DNA of 64,000 nt from Octopus sinensis (Eukaryota), in the NCBI RefSeq assembly GCF_006345805.1, contig NC_043015.1:14942001-15006000 (forward strand), written 5' to 3'. The notes beneath the pieces are model-generated. The model searched no databases and was not told the DNA's origin. It saw only the letters and a list, made by a program, of their open reading frames with translations. Made by a program: the position numbers and the translations under genes. The stretch's first letter is position 1, and every line of letters begins with the position of its first letter. Shown here one piece after another: positions 10,322-23,687 of this stretch.

Positions 10322-10790
10322 TATACAACTCTGAAGCCAGATGTAGTTCTGTGGTCTGAAAAGACTGAGAAAATGATTTTGATTGAGCTAACAATCCTGT
10401 AGAAAGAGAGATGTGATGAGGCCCACAAATTGAAGTTTGCCAAATATGAGAGCCTTCTGCAGGATTGCAGGGAGAAAGGATAGCAGTTATGGCTGTTCTC
10501 AGGTGAGGTTCGGTATAGAGGGTTCCCTGCATAGTTGGCATGCAGAATACTTACAGCCATTGACATGAAAGGAAAAGAGAGAAAGGTGGCTGAAAGAGCT
10601 TCTTGTTGACTTTGGAGCAAGAAAGAGGAATTAAGCTGGAGGCCAGGAGCAGATGCGGAGCAGTGATTTGGCCACCTCTCCTAACCCACCAATGGGAGAG
10701 TGTTATGGTTCGGGGTCAAAACACCCAACGAACATTGGATACTCTCTGATGACAGCAGTTCCTCCACTTTAGTGGGTGGAAAAAGCATCG
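10322..10790 (+). mobile_element. 3' end of a HERO/NeSL-like non-LTR element (restriction-like endonuclease) plus 3' UTR
   Basis: TTLKPDVVLWS...LIELT...EAHKLKFAKY...EV(G)YRGF...KVAERAS..LWSK is a PD-(D/E)xK RLE C-terminus with several stops. Confidence 0.75.
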
Positions 10791-10910
10791 CCTTGTAGGT
10801 GTTATTAACATATATGCATTCACACACACACACACACACACACCACACACACACACACAACACACACACACACATATATATATATATACACATATACATA
10901 TATATATGTA

Positions 10911-10963
<53 letters not shown>

Positions 10964-12381
10964 TATATATACACATATACATATATGCATATATCTACTA
11001 CATATGTGGAAAATCAGTGTGTGTTTGCTTGTGATATTGTTAGCGAATTCCTCTTACATCGTTTTATTGATTTTCATGAACTCATGGCTGGAAACCACGT
11101 GGCATACTTAGATTGATTTAAAAATCGATAATACATCCCCTGGAAGAGACCTTTATATCTACCTCATATAACTAATTTTTTTTAATACCCTAGGGAAATA
11201 ACCCATAGCAGCTACACAATATTTTTTTTAAAACACTCAAGGGAAATAACCCATTTCATTGTTTGTGTTCAATTACTTTGAATATTGATTTTTTGTGTGT
11301 CCTATTTCTAATTTTTGCAGACAATGTCACTTTTATACTTTATTTGACACGTGAGTAGAACTAATGTTTGGAAACCTCATAACATACTTAGATTGTTGAA
11401 AAATATCAATAATAGAGCCCCTCCAATGGATCCTTCTATCTACTACATATTACTAATATTTTATTTAAACAACCCAAGGGAAATAACCCATACCACCTGC
11501 AGTTTTTACCAAAGCAATCAATATTTGATTCTCACGATCAGCCGACCTAATTCTGCATTTCACTACTCAGTTTTGAACTGCTAAACATTATTATTGCACT
11601 TCCTTAATTTGAATCTTAAACCCTAAAGACTTCATTCATGCATTTCTATACATACATACTTTTCTGAATGCCCATTACTCTGATAATTCAGCATTTTTAT
11701 AGTTACACTTTTTCCATGACAGTAGATATATTTTTTATTCCACAATATATTTGTAGTGGCTTCATGCAATCATAGCATAGATTCGAAATAGCCAAATTTC
11801 ACTTAACACTTCAACAGTGCTTTTCTCCTGGTAAAACAATAGTTTTTTTTCTGTGAATGACAGCAGTTATACATTTCCCAGATGCTTTAACTAAGCAGAA
11901 TAATGTCATTGCCACTTGACCCTTCTAACCTCTTTTAGGCCACCAGGGGCTGGAATGGAGATAACAAACCTCCAACGAAATCATTTGTTCTCAACAGTAT
12001 GTCTATCCTTCTGGTTGCTTTTCGATAGTTATAAAAACAAGAACTTCAGAAGCTAAAGGCAGTTACTGAGAGTGACCATCAGTGAGTGTGAATGTTATTA
12101 TTGCACTTTCTTCAAACACTTCATTCATATATTTATATACATATAATCTCTCCCTTCTCCAGCTGACAAATTTTTCTACCTTTTCATTACGGAAAATACA
12201 CCTTTTGTGGCAGTTATAATGAAATTGCTTTCTTATATCAGAGTAATAAGGCATTTCAATAGAACATCTTTACCCCTGGGAATTACCGGGCACACAGCTA
12301 GTATATACATATATACAAATACATACATACATACATACACACACACACATGCACGCATATATATATACATACATACATATA

Positions 12382-12948
12382 CATGGTGCGATGGGTAAGT
12401 TGTTGCCATTTTATATTATTTATTTTGTGCATGCACTTTGTTTGATTTTGATTTTGTCAACTAAACAGTATAGGAGGGTCAGTTGGGCACCCTCTGTGAG
12501 AAAAACAGCACCATGATGCAATTCACTCTGCCAGAAAGTTGGAAACAACATGCTGTACTGCTTGGCATTGAGATTTCAGTGTGTTTGGGTGTCAATCTGA
12601 GGACATGTACCGAGAGTGATAAAAATCAGACATCCAGTCAACACCATGATGTTTAGAATGATCACTATTGATGGCAACATTATGCCTCCATTCATCTTCC
12701 CACATGGCCTCAAACTCAACACAGGCCTACATCAAGTGCCTAGAGAAGGTAGTGCTGCCCTGGGTCAGAGGATAGCTGCTGGAAAACCCTATGTCTGGCA
12801 ACAGGACTTTGCACCATGCCACACAATTTACTCTTTAGTATTTCAAGATATTTTTACATAATTTTGGTAAATAAAACTGTTAAAATGAGATATCAATGTT
12901 GTTTCTATTTTTGTGTAATTTAGATGACAGTTTCTTCACTGCACCCTG
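12382..12948 (+). mobile_element. Internally deleted maT-like (DD37D-type) Tc1/mariner element
   Basis: Peptide ...DGNIMPPFIFPHGLKLNT...GKPYVWQQDFAPCH. Imperfect TIRs (CA(T/G)GGTGC...) flanked by TA. Confidence 0.8.
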
Positions 12949-13057
12949 TATATACATATATATATAGATAGATATATATAGATATATATACATTTATGTA
13001 TATACATACACACACACACACACACATATATATATATGTATATGTATGTATATATAT

Positions 13058-13100
<43 letters not shown>

Positions 13101-13936
13101 ACACAAATACAGACATACATACATGCATACATACATACATATATAATTAATAATTAATTATATGTTTATGAATTTGCCTTTTTGGCTTTAATGCTTGCTG
13201 GCCACTTAAATTATTGTTGTTATTATTTATTAATAGTAATAATAATATCTTTATTATATATATATATATGTGGTGAGAGAGGGAGAGAGAGAGAGAGAGA
13301 GAGAGAGAAGAGACATAGATGTGTATGTAAGCACACATACGCACACACACACGCACATACATACACCCTTACATACACACACATATATATATATATAACA
13401 TAATATTATATTATATTATATTTATTACTTTTATATAAGAAGTTATTTCTAGTCTTGATCTAAAAAGGTATTTTGGTATTTTACATCCCAGAGAAAACAT
13501 ACCGGTTTAGCAACATAATAGCATGGATATTGAGTGATATATAAATAGTCTGACTGACAGAAATTGTGTGACTCTAACTGTGCCAGAGTTGATGAGAGGA
13601 AGCTAAGTTGGGATTTATCAGCTGAGAGATGGCAGTTGTTAGATTCTGGACTATGTAATATCAACTCTGTTTTAAACACAAAATACTTTTTAACACAGAC
13701 TAAATTCATTCCTGTAGTGCAATATGTAAATTTCTTATTACACTTATCACCAAATTTACACAATAAGAAGGTTTATTCTGATATAAAATTTAAACAATCA
13801 AACTGAATAAAAAGTACTCACACACATGTACATTATACATTATATGTGTGTGTGTGTATATATTTGTGTGTGTGCATGTGTGTGTACTTTATGTATATAT
13901 AAAGTCCACATACACACAAGCACATTTATCTATCTA

Positions 13937-13980
<44 letters not shown>

Positions 13981-13996
13981 CACACACACATATATA

Positions 13997-14333
13997 TTGG
14001 ATCATCCTATGAATAATGCGGTTTTTTTATACTTCTTTTATTTTTCAAAATAAAGATAAACAAAGTTCTTTTTTAATCTAAAATATACTCTCCTTTATTT
14101 TCTACAATACTCTTTCATCTATCTGGTAGACTTGCAAGACCCCTCTTCCAAAATTCACTTGTCCGTGACAAAAAATACTCCTCTAGTACTGTTCTGATCT
14201 CATCTACAGAGTTCATATATTTCCAGATATATGGAAGTGCACAGTAGAAAATGAAGGCGAGTACATTTTAGATTAAAAAAAGAACTTGGTTTATTTTAAT
14301 TCTGAAAAATAAAAGAAGTATGGGATGACCCAA
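13997..14333. mobile_element. Mariner-derived MITE with ~90-bp imperfect inverted ends
   Basis: TTGGATCATCC...CTTCTTTTATTTTTC vs reverse complement of ...GAAAAATAAAAGAAGTATGGGATGACCCAA. TA on both sides. Confidence 0.85.
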
Positions 14334-14361
14334 TATATATACGTATATATATATACACATA

Positions 14362-14578
14362 TGACAGGGTCCTGAAAAGTTCCTGGATTTGGGTAAAAGA
14401 AAATACAAGAAGATCAGTTAATTATGATTTTATTCAACATATTCCCCTCTCAGATTCACACACTTATTGCAGTGATCCTTCAGTTTTTCTAAGCCCTGTA
14501 AGAGAACTCGGAAGATTGGACCTCCAATCAGCCCTTTCGCGATACCCTTGAAGTCAGGAATTTTTCAGCATCCTCTCA
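14362..14578 (-). mobile_element. ~216-bp mariner-type MITE (same family at 55540-55755 and 58792-59002)
   Basis: TIR GGGT(G/C)CTGAAAAGTTCCTGG and its reverse complement, TA flanks, internal sequence shared with the other two copies. Confidence 0.85.
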
Positions 14579-14748
14579 TATATATGTACACACACACACA
14601 TGCACATGCACACACATATGAAGCTGTATTTATATAAAAAGAAATTAATGGTAATGCTATGCTACTTTGTAATAATCCTCAATCCTCATTATTATTATTA
14701 TTATTATTATTACTATTATTATTATCATTATTAATATTATTATTATTC

Positions 14749-14779
<31 letters not shown>

Positions 14780-15059
14780 ATATATTATATATATATATAT
14801 ATATATTGGAAGGTTTGGAGATGATGTACAGGTATTTTATATTAGCAGAAATGAGATACTCAGAAAATCGGATGGTTTATATTTACAGATATTTATTTGT
14901 ATATTACATTTTTCATACATCATATAACTTAGATCATGTATTAGTGCTTTCTCCCATTCTAGTGGGGTTTTCAAATCAACCTAAGTTCCTGGGTGAAAAG
15001 TTTTGACCATTTTATAGTGGTATTGAGTTTGTAGTGGTGGGGCGGAATATAATACAGTA

Positions 15060-16568
15060 CAAGTTTCTCCATTTCTTTTAGAGACACGTTGTCATCTGCT
15101 GGTATTGATACATCAATTAGAAAGCATTTTTTTTCTTCATGATCTCTGACAACTATATCTGGTCTGTTGGCCTTAATTTCTCTCTCTGTGTGTATTGGCA
15201 TATCCCAGAGTATGGTTGCTTTCTCGTTTTCTGTGACCTTTTCTGGTGTGTGCCTATACCATCTTTTTTCTGTTGTTATTCCATAATGTTGGCATAGCTG
15301 TATGTAGGTCCCAACTCTGTCATGTCTGTGAATATATTCCTTCTTAGCCAGGACTGGGCAGCCAGAGATAATATGATTTATTTTTTCTTGTCCATCTCCA
15401 CATATTCTGCAGTTACTTGTTATATTTCTTTTCATTACATGTTTTTGGTAATTTCTGGTGGGTTGGCTTTGGTCTTGTGCAGCAATTAAAAATCCCTCTG
15501 TCTCTGCTTTGAGTCCTGAGCTTCTCAACTATTGCTGGGATTTTTCTTTGTCTATTTCTTTTGCATTTAGTTTTGTCCAGTATTTGCCACGAAGGGGCTT
15601 TTCTTGCCATCGTTTTATCATGGTTCGTAGCTGTTCTAGTTTTAGTTTGGATTTCATTTGTTTTATAGCTTTTGTTGTTTCTTCTTCTTCTTCTTCTTCT
15701 TCATATTTGTTAGGTGGTATGATTTCTTGTTTGTATTTGTCAGCTTCCTTAAATACTGAGAACAGTTTTTTGTTTTGCTCGTGTTTTGCCGCTATTTGTA
15801 TCAGTTTTTCTTCCTTCTGAAGTAGATATTTTTGCAGTCCTATGGTGGTTATTTTATAGTAGTTTTCCAGCTGTATAAGGCCTCTACCACCTTCTATACG
15901 TTGTATATATAGCCTTTCTATGTCAGATTTTGGGTGATGCATCCTAGATCCTGTCATTATTTTTCTTGTTTTCCTATCTATTTTGGTCAGTTCATTTAGT
16001 GTCCAGTTAAGGATATTGTAGCTGTAACTTATAACTGGGACGGCTAAAGTGTTAATACCTATTATTAGCATTGAGCTCTGTTTTCAGTATTGATCTAACT
16101 CATCTATAATATTCTTTTTTTATTTTCTCTTTCATTTGTGTGTGTTGTGTCTTATCTAGTTCATGGATTCCTAAGTATTTGTAAGTTTGGCTTTGGTCTA
16201 ATTCTTTTATTTCATTGGTTTTATCTAGTGTGATGTTGCTACTCTTAACTAGTTTTCCTCTTTTCAGGGTTACTTTGGCACATTTTTCTAATCCAAATTT
16301 CATATCAGTTATGGCTTTATTGATCATTAGTTGATCTTTACAGCCATATGAGCCTTTGCAGCATCCTTTCTGCTCTTCTGGAAACAGGTTGTTTTCGTCC
16401 AGGTGCTTGTTCAATCTTTGTGATATTACTGAAGTAAATGCTTTGTACATTGTAGGGAGACAGGTTACAGGTCTGTAGTTTTCTGGTTTTGCTGTCTCAT
16501 TGGATTCGGGAATTAAGATGGTTTTCCCCTTTATGAGCTATTCAGGCATAGCCAGAGACAATGCCTGA

Positions 16569-16570
<2 letters not shown>
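15060..16570 (-). mobile_element. R4/Dong-clade non-LTR retrotransposon, 5'- and 3'-truncated, with internal RT deletion
   Basis: NYRPVTCLP, EEQKGC, KFGLEKCA, YKYLG, GGRGL, CCHC knuckle CRICGDGQEKINHIISGC and RLE NRPDIVV...LIDVS. The 5' end abuts (TTA)n at 16570-16610. Confidence 0.9.
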
Positions 16571-16612
<42 letters not shown>

Positions 16613-16617
16613 ATATA

Positions 16618-17310
16618 CCGTAATCTCTCAACAATTGTAGGTGTTACATTCCGAAAACCCCCGCAATAGGTGAAAATCCACGAAATAGAAACAGTACTGT
16701 ACTGTATTGTTTTTTGTTATTTTTATAATTTGCATATATTAATTTTATTATTTTTATATATTTAAGCTTTTATAAACTTTCCCCACATTCTTAAGAGTAC
16801 CCGTGTCCTCTCTTTTTTTGCGGGTGAGGAACATAGTGATGGGCAGTTGCTAGTGCTGCCTTTTCTTCCGTGTAAGGAAGAAAGCCTTAGAAGGTGCAGA
16901 ACGTTTGGGTGATATTGTAAGGCTTGAAATAGATTTGCAATTTTACACACAAATGCAAAACAAGACCTCACACTCACCTCCTGAGTTTCGTTTTCCATAC
17001 AGTATGTGCAATTCTTTGTTTACTCATCTGTGGTACTCTACATATTTTCTTTTAATATATGTTAATTAATGTGTTATACAGTGCAGTACTGTACTATATT
17101 TTTATTTATCAATTCATTAATTTTTAGGCATGAAAATGCTTATTTTACCACAGAAATAATTAAAATCTAAAAGAATATAAATACCTATTGGTGCAGAAAC
17201 CCACGATATACTGAGGAGACCATGATACAAATTTACATATATTAGCCAGAAAAAATCCATGATGTACTTGGGGTGCGATAGGTGAACCGCAATATGGTGA
17301 GTGATTACTG
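16618..17310 (-). mobile_element. Tigger/pogo-like non-autonomous deletion derivative
   Basis: Imperfect TIRs C(C/A)GTAATC(T/A)CTCA. The minus strand keeps the Tigger transposase C-terminal motif QLPITMFLTRKK (~16810-16850). Confidence 0.75.
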
Positions 17311-17329
17311 TGTATATATATATATGTGT

Positions 17330-17472
17330 GTGTATGTATGTGTGTGCATGCATGCATGCATATATGCATATATGCATACATACATACATACATACATACA
17401 TACAAACATACATACATACATACAAACATACATACATACATACATACATACATACATACATACATACATACA

Positions 17473-17507
<35 letters not shown>

Positions 17508-17510
17508 GAG
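17330..17510. repeat. (TACA)n microsatellite
   Basis: Direct reading of the sequence. Confidence 0.95.
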
Positions 17511-17529
17511 TTAATATGGCTTATTTAAA

Positions 17530-18250
17530 AAATTCAGCTTTCAGTATACTGAATGAAGATTAAAAAATTTACTCCAAACTCAGATAAGATGTTATTATAG
17601 TAAAAAAATAGATATGAAACAATCCTTGCATTTGAATCAATGGAGAAATGCTGCTATGGTTATTGAATAATTCAATAAAGATGTAAACAAAGATAACTGT
17701 CAATGTGTTCAATATCATTGACTATTAAACCTCAATGAATAAATAAATAAATAAAAAGCCATCTATGTTAGAAAGCATGACCAGCAACCTTTTGTTTTTT
17801 GTAGTGCAGTTTGTATGCAAGGTAGAAAAGACAGAATCAGCAGTTTTGGAGTTACCATGGCTGTTTGACATTGCTGAGTTTATAAATTATTGCTGAGTAT
17901 GTCTGTTACTGCTCAACTAATGTAAAAGCATACTTGATGAGATTTGCAAGCGTATTGATAAAGACATTAGCTTCATCATTCCTAGCCATATGAATGATGA
18001 AGGTGATAGCTGAAGTAATGCGGAATGAAAAGATAACAAACATGAAAGATGAATTCATTGATGCTGATGAATCAATGAAAACATTGTTGAAACTACAAAA
18101 TAAAGACATATTCTTTTGTGGAAGTTGGCCGCTCACTTGATGTCAATAGAGTAATAAAAAAAATACAGGAGAAAGATAACTTCAGACTACTGAAGACAAG
18201 TTTGCACAAACATTGGGGAAACAACACTACTTTTTTCAATAACAATGTTA
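17530..18250 (+). mobile_element. Highly decayed Penelope-like RT relic
   Basis: LHLNQWRNAAMVIE*FNK...DIIDY and F(G)VTMG(C)FDIAE resemble PLE RT motifs (NQWRN..VI.WF; FDVTMGSFDGAE). Confidence 0.65.
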
Positions 18251-18320
18251 TCAATTAAAATAAACACTAAAATTTCTATCTGGAAAGAAATATATGCTTA
18301 CATACTTACACAGATATGCA

Positions 18321-18351
<31 letters not shown>

Positions 18352-18354
<3 letters not shown>

Positions 18355-19300
18355 CCAAATTCTCTGACTTCACATATCAGTAAAGTCATGGAGTGTATCA
18401 GCAGAAAGAAGTCGATAATGTTCCTTGAAGAAAATGACCTACTGAACAGTACACAGCATGGCTTCCATCCAAGAAGCTGCCTCACACAACTCCTACAGCA
18501 TTATGATTGGGTTTTGAAACAGCTGCTTGACCATTCAGATGTCAACATGATATACCTTGACTTTGCAAACGCATTTGATGAGGTAGATCATGGCATGATA
18601 TGTCATAGGCTATGAGACCTTGGTATTGCTGGTTAACTGTGAGAGTGGTTGCATGACTTCCTTAAAGACAGAAGTCAGGTAGTTGCAGCTAATGGTATCT
18701 TTTCTAAGGAAACTCAAATCCTAAGTAGTCCCCCAGGGAACTGTGGAGAACCTTTGTTCTCAGCTGCCTGGACTATCTCTCCCAGTTATAGTCACCACAT
18801 AGTGCCAAACTAACAGCAGAGCTTGAAGTATTCCAACATTACTACACTAAAAAGATTGAAACAGTGCAGTGGATGAGCTACAAGGATAGGCTGAGAAAAC
18901 TCCAACTTTACACCCAAGTGTGAAGGCATGAGAAATATGCAAAATCTACATATGGAAAACTCTAGAAGGGCTAGTACCTAATTTCAGCATTGAGTGTTAT
19001 ACAAATACCAGAGCTGGCTGCCATTGTATTGTACTAAAGGTACCATCCACTCTATCTAAATTCAGGACTAGGTACTGCAATAGTTTAGGGTTCAAAGGCT
19101 CACAGTTCTTCAATGCCCTGCCACAAAAATTAAGAAATCTGCATAAGGTGGAAATAGATGTCTTCAAAAAGAAACTAGACATCCTTCTTTCCACAATTTG
19201 CATATATTGAACCAACAGCTGGGACAAAGGTACATACAGGAATGGTGATGCGAAATGCCACGGACTGATGAAATCAGAAAGACCACGCTGGTGCTCCACA
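18352..19300 (+). mobile_element. CR1-like LINE fragment (RT start plus C-terminus, internal deletion)
   Basis: RPNSLTSHISKVME, QHGF, IYLDFANAFDEVDH, then LEGLVPNF...FFNALP...VFKKKLD. Confidence 0.85.
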
Positions 19301-19814
19301 AGGCTGAAATGTGTAAAAAAATAAAAGAATATATATATATATATATATATACAAATATATATATCATTAAACCACGGTAGTGGTTGAATATATTAAGTCC
19401 ACCATTTTGTCAATTGCAGCAGCTTCCAAGCTTCACCACTAATTCAGTTCTCAACTAAATTGCAAACTATTAATAGCTACACTTTGGCATAAATAGTTTG
19501 GGATTTGGTTCAGTAGAAAAAAAGTTACATCGAAATATGTCAGACCCCAAGGTGGGCAGTAAAGAAGATATAAATCTTCAGTAAACATAAATTTTTTAAA
19601 ATTTTAAATTAAAAGTATACCTTTCTTAGGCTTAAATGATAGCAAAATGCATGAGGAATTCAGAATCATTAGTCATATTGAACAAAAATTAGTAGAAAAG
19701 AGTTATGAGGTAAAATGTCACAAAGTTTAATGTCAGTAAGTGAGGGAGTAAGAATTAACGCCCCAAGCAATAAGAATGAAGAATATATTTCTAAAATGAA
19801 TGTTTACATTCTAA

Positions 19815-20284
19815 GGTGGCGAGCTGGCAGAAACAGTGCACCGGGCCAGATATTTACTGGTATTTCATCTGTCTTTATGTCTTGAGTTCAAATTTTGCCG
19901 AGGTCAACTTTGCCTTTTATCCACTTTGGATCTATTCAATTTGACGTACAGATTATTTAATTAATTTGTTTTAATTAAACACTTTGGAACTTCCGATACT
20001 GGTAGAATGTGTCACATAGAACAGGGTTTAATCTTAACGTTTTTGACAAAATTTTGTATTTCAGAAGTGTTATTTCGTCTGTCTTTACAATCTGAGTTCA
20101 AATTCCGCCACGGTTGACATTGCCTTTCATCCATTGCGGATCTATTCAATTCGATGTACAGATTATTTAATTAATTTGTTTTAACTAAACACTTTGAAAC
20201 TTCCTATACTGATAGAATGTATCATATAGAACAGGGTTTACTGTTAACGTTTTTGACAAAATTTTGTATTTTAGAAGTTATTTC
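19815..20284 (+). mobile_element. SINE family B head plus a tandemly duplicated 210-bp chimeric unit
   Basis: Head GGTGGCGAGCTGGCAGAA. Units at 19861-20070 and 20071-20284. Confidence 0.8.
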
Positions 20285-21151
20285 TTTAGAAGTTACAGAG
20301 TGACAATGGACAAATTCATGTTTGATATGTGCCAATACATGAAACTCACAGCTTTCTAACTTCTCTAACTTCTGCCAATGATATATATACATATTACATA
20401 TATGTGTAAAAACAATCTCATCACATAATCGAACCAATGAAAGAGTCTGTACCTAGTCGCTTGACATGTTAAAAATAGCAGCCAAGGTATCTCCCTACCT
20501 AAATCACTTGCCCATTGTATGTAATGTCCTAGATTATCCCTAAAAAGATGGTTTGCTGGAGGCTGGAATGTCTTTGATAATAGGTTTGCAGTATCAGGGT
20601 TGATTTCAGGCTTAATAACAACAACAACTTTATGGTAAATTTCTATATTAACACCAACATGATTTTCACTAAGAAAAAAACCAAAAAAATTTGATTGTTT
20701 GCATGGAATCAAGCACCCTGATCTCCTAATAGGCTGCAAGTCCCTTATTTTGGTTTGGAAAAAATGGGAGTGGGAGGCACCATCCTGGAATCATTGGCCA
20801 TTTTTTTTTTCATTGAACGAATTCCTGTGACCTCCTAATATTGCAAAATTAGGTTACTTAAGGTGAGCCTGGTAATTGATGGTTTTGAGGTCTTGTTGTT
20901 TGTAAGTTTTGGTGAGCCATGGTGCAACCAACAACATGGTAAAAATCCCTGCCATTAATTTGGTGTGGATGGGTAATATCAAATAATTCAATCACACATA
21001 TATTTAAATTAAACATGAAAAAAATTGAAATATTATCATCACTTATATGATAAAATTGAGATATTATCTTTCAGTATTTTATAAGGTAAAATCTTAAATT
21101 ATTGACACACTATTAATTATCTTAGAACAGCAATGCCTGGAAAAATCATGA

Positions 21152-21672
21152 ATTACATGGGAAAATGCAAGCATGAAAAGTAATATTCTTAAGATTATAA
21201 ACCTGGAAAAGTACAGGACAATTTATTACACCTGGAAAAGTATAGGAGAAGCTATTGCTTCTAGTTAAGTAAAGAATAAGAAACTTTTTACTTAAAATAC
21301 TGCAGCTAAAATTAAAATTTGAATATTAAAATTTATCTCATTATAGTTTACAAATAATACTATATTTATTTGAGTAGAATTTGACTAATTTACTACCTTA
21401 AATACAGAAAAAAGTAACTAATTAGACAAACTTACAAATTAGCTGAACAGTTTTGTACAGCAAATTTAAAAGATGAGAACTGAAAAGAGTGATAAATTAG
21501 AAGAACTGGCATTCTTTGCTGCAATATTTTAAGTAAAATGTTTCTTGTTCTTTACTTTACTAGAAGTAATAGTTTGTCTTATACTTTTCCAGGTGTAATA
21601 ACTTGTTCTGTACTTTTCCAGGTTTATAATTTTAAGAATATTACTTTTCATGCTCATATTTTTCCATGTAAT
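21152..21672. repeat. Foldback-like element with ~160-bp imperfect inverted arms
   Basis: 21152-~21312 is the approximate reverse complement of ~21510-21672. Confidence 0.85.
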
Positions 21673-22039
21673 ATATATATGCAGTCCTCACATAATATAC
21701 GGAGAGGGATAACTGTTTGTTTATACAAGTAAAACATTTATATGTAGTAATATTTGACATGAAGAGATGGCAAGTGCTATATAATTGGTAATGTGGGCAC
21801 CTGGAATGTGATAGATATGAATTTTGAGAGTAGTATTACATGTGTGTGTGTGTGCATAGTCTAAGGTGATGGCACCCAATCCATGTGGGCATTGAACAGA
21901 GTTGGGGCCAAGACACAGACTTGATGGTTTCCAGTTCTAACTGGGAAAAAGCCAGCTGTTGAGCTCTGACACCAAACCACACTGACTGTTCTAGTAAACA
22001 AAGCCATCATCAATCCAATCAGTTGGATGGCTTTCAGTG

Positions 22040-23580
22040 TGTTGTATTTTGAAGAGTTGTATAAGTACTGATCTGAATACCACAATGCCTTCAGCATTGG
22101 TGACCGACCAGCTAGACTGCTATGATCTACCATCCAAAGATAAGGTTCATACAATGGTAAATCAGCTGAAGGGCAGGAAGGCAGCTGGTGTTTGTGGCAT
22201 CCATGGGAAGATGAACAAGAAAGGTGAACCTGCTGCAGTCTTGTTCTTGTGACAGATCATCTGCTCAAACTAGAGTAGCGACATCATACCACCTAACTGG
22301 GAGATGAGCATAATTAAAAGTGACTGCCACAACTATAGAGCTGTTACACTCTTCTCAGTGCCTGGTAAAGTGATTGTCAGGGTCATCGTGGACAGAGTGA
22401 GAAATCATCTGCTTGCATCTCAGCTGCTGGAGCAGTCAGGGTTCATGCTAGAAGTCAACTACTAACAGGATTCTGGCTCTTCCCGTACTCATTGAACATA
22501 AGCAGAGCTTTCAGCAGGGGCTTCTTGCAGCCTAAGTTGACCTCTGCAACGCATTTGACTCAGTGAACAGGGATGTACTTCAGAGGATTCTGAAGCTGCA
22601 AGCTATTCCTCCTCAACTGATTGGATTGATGATGGCTTTGTTTACTAGAACAGTCAGTGTGGTTTGGAGTCAGAGCTCAACAGCTGGCTTTTTCCCAGTT
22701 AGAACTGGAAACCATCAAGTCTGTGTCTTGGCCCCAACTCTGTTCAATGCCCACATGGATTGGGTGCTTGGTTGAATGATGGCTCAATCAAATTGTGATG
22801 CACTCAGTGGTAAAACTAGGATTACAGATTTTGTTGATGATTTTTATTGAGTCTCTGGAGGTGCTCCTTTGACTGAGTGAGGAAGCAGAACCACTTGGCC
22901 AAGAGACAGATGCAGTCTTTTGTTGGCTTCTTGGAGGACTCCACCTCATCTGTTTCTGTTGTAGGTGAGAATGTCAAAGATGTTAACTGCTTCACTCATT
23001 TCTGTTGTAAGATTCATAGCAGCATTAGATACAAGTCTGAAGTCCTAAAAGACATAGATGAGCTGGTGCAGTTGTGAACTCATTGGACAAAGGTGTTTAG
23101 CTCTGCTGATATCTGGTTAGAAGGACAAAGGTTTGGGTCTTTGGGTCTCTGGTCTTCCCTTCCCGTTCTATAGTTGTGAGACTTTTATGTTGTCTAGTGC
23201 TCTTAGAGGCTGCCTGAACTCCTTTGGTGCCAGGATGTTTTGCAGGATTATGGGTTACCATTGGTCAGATTTTATATCCAACATACAACTCTCGTCACAA
23301 ACTGGAATGTGTCCTGTTACTTGTAATGATTCAGGAATGTGAGCTCAGACTGTTTGCCCATGCTGCTTGATTTTCCAAGTTAGATCCTGCTTACTGTGTT
23401 TTCATCAATGAGGATGTGACTGGGTTGATAGGTTGTGTTTATTGAACACATGCCAGATGGTCATGGCAGATGAAGAGTTAACTTGTGGAGGGGGAGATTG
23501 ACTTGAACTCTGCTCAACAGGTTGGTCAGGAGGACCCAGGAATATACTGGGAAATGCAGCAACATGCATGCCTCAACACC
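22040..23580 (+). mobile_element. Old RTE-clade LINE relic
   Basis: GRKAAGVCGI, NYRAVTLFSVPGKV, EQSGF, VDLCNAFDSV and CVLAPTLFN with many stops. Confidence 0.8.
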
Positions 23581-23634
23581 TGACCTGGCCTATCTATCTA
23601 TCTGTCTCTCTCTCTGCATATATATATATTTATA

Positions 23635-23687
<53 letters not shown>

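Noticed and set aside
10735-10770. CTGATGA in the HERO-like 3' UTR as a possible hammerhead
   Set aside because: No stem II or GAAA in register downstream.
11938-11995. Possible exon CTAAC...TTTTAG| ... |GTATGT
   Set aside because: Two frames are open but unrecognisable, and no partner exons were found.
13449-13806. 104-aa and 80-aa ORFs in apparently unique DNA
   Set aside because: A third frame reads as a decayed LINE RT (LDL..F..., DIE*YINSLTDR), so it is a relic.
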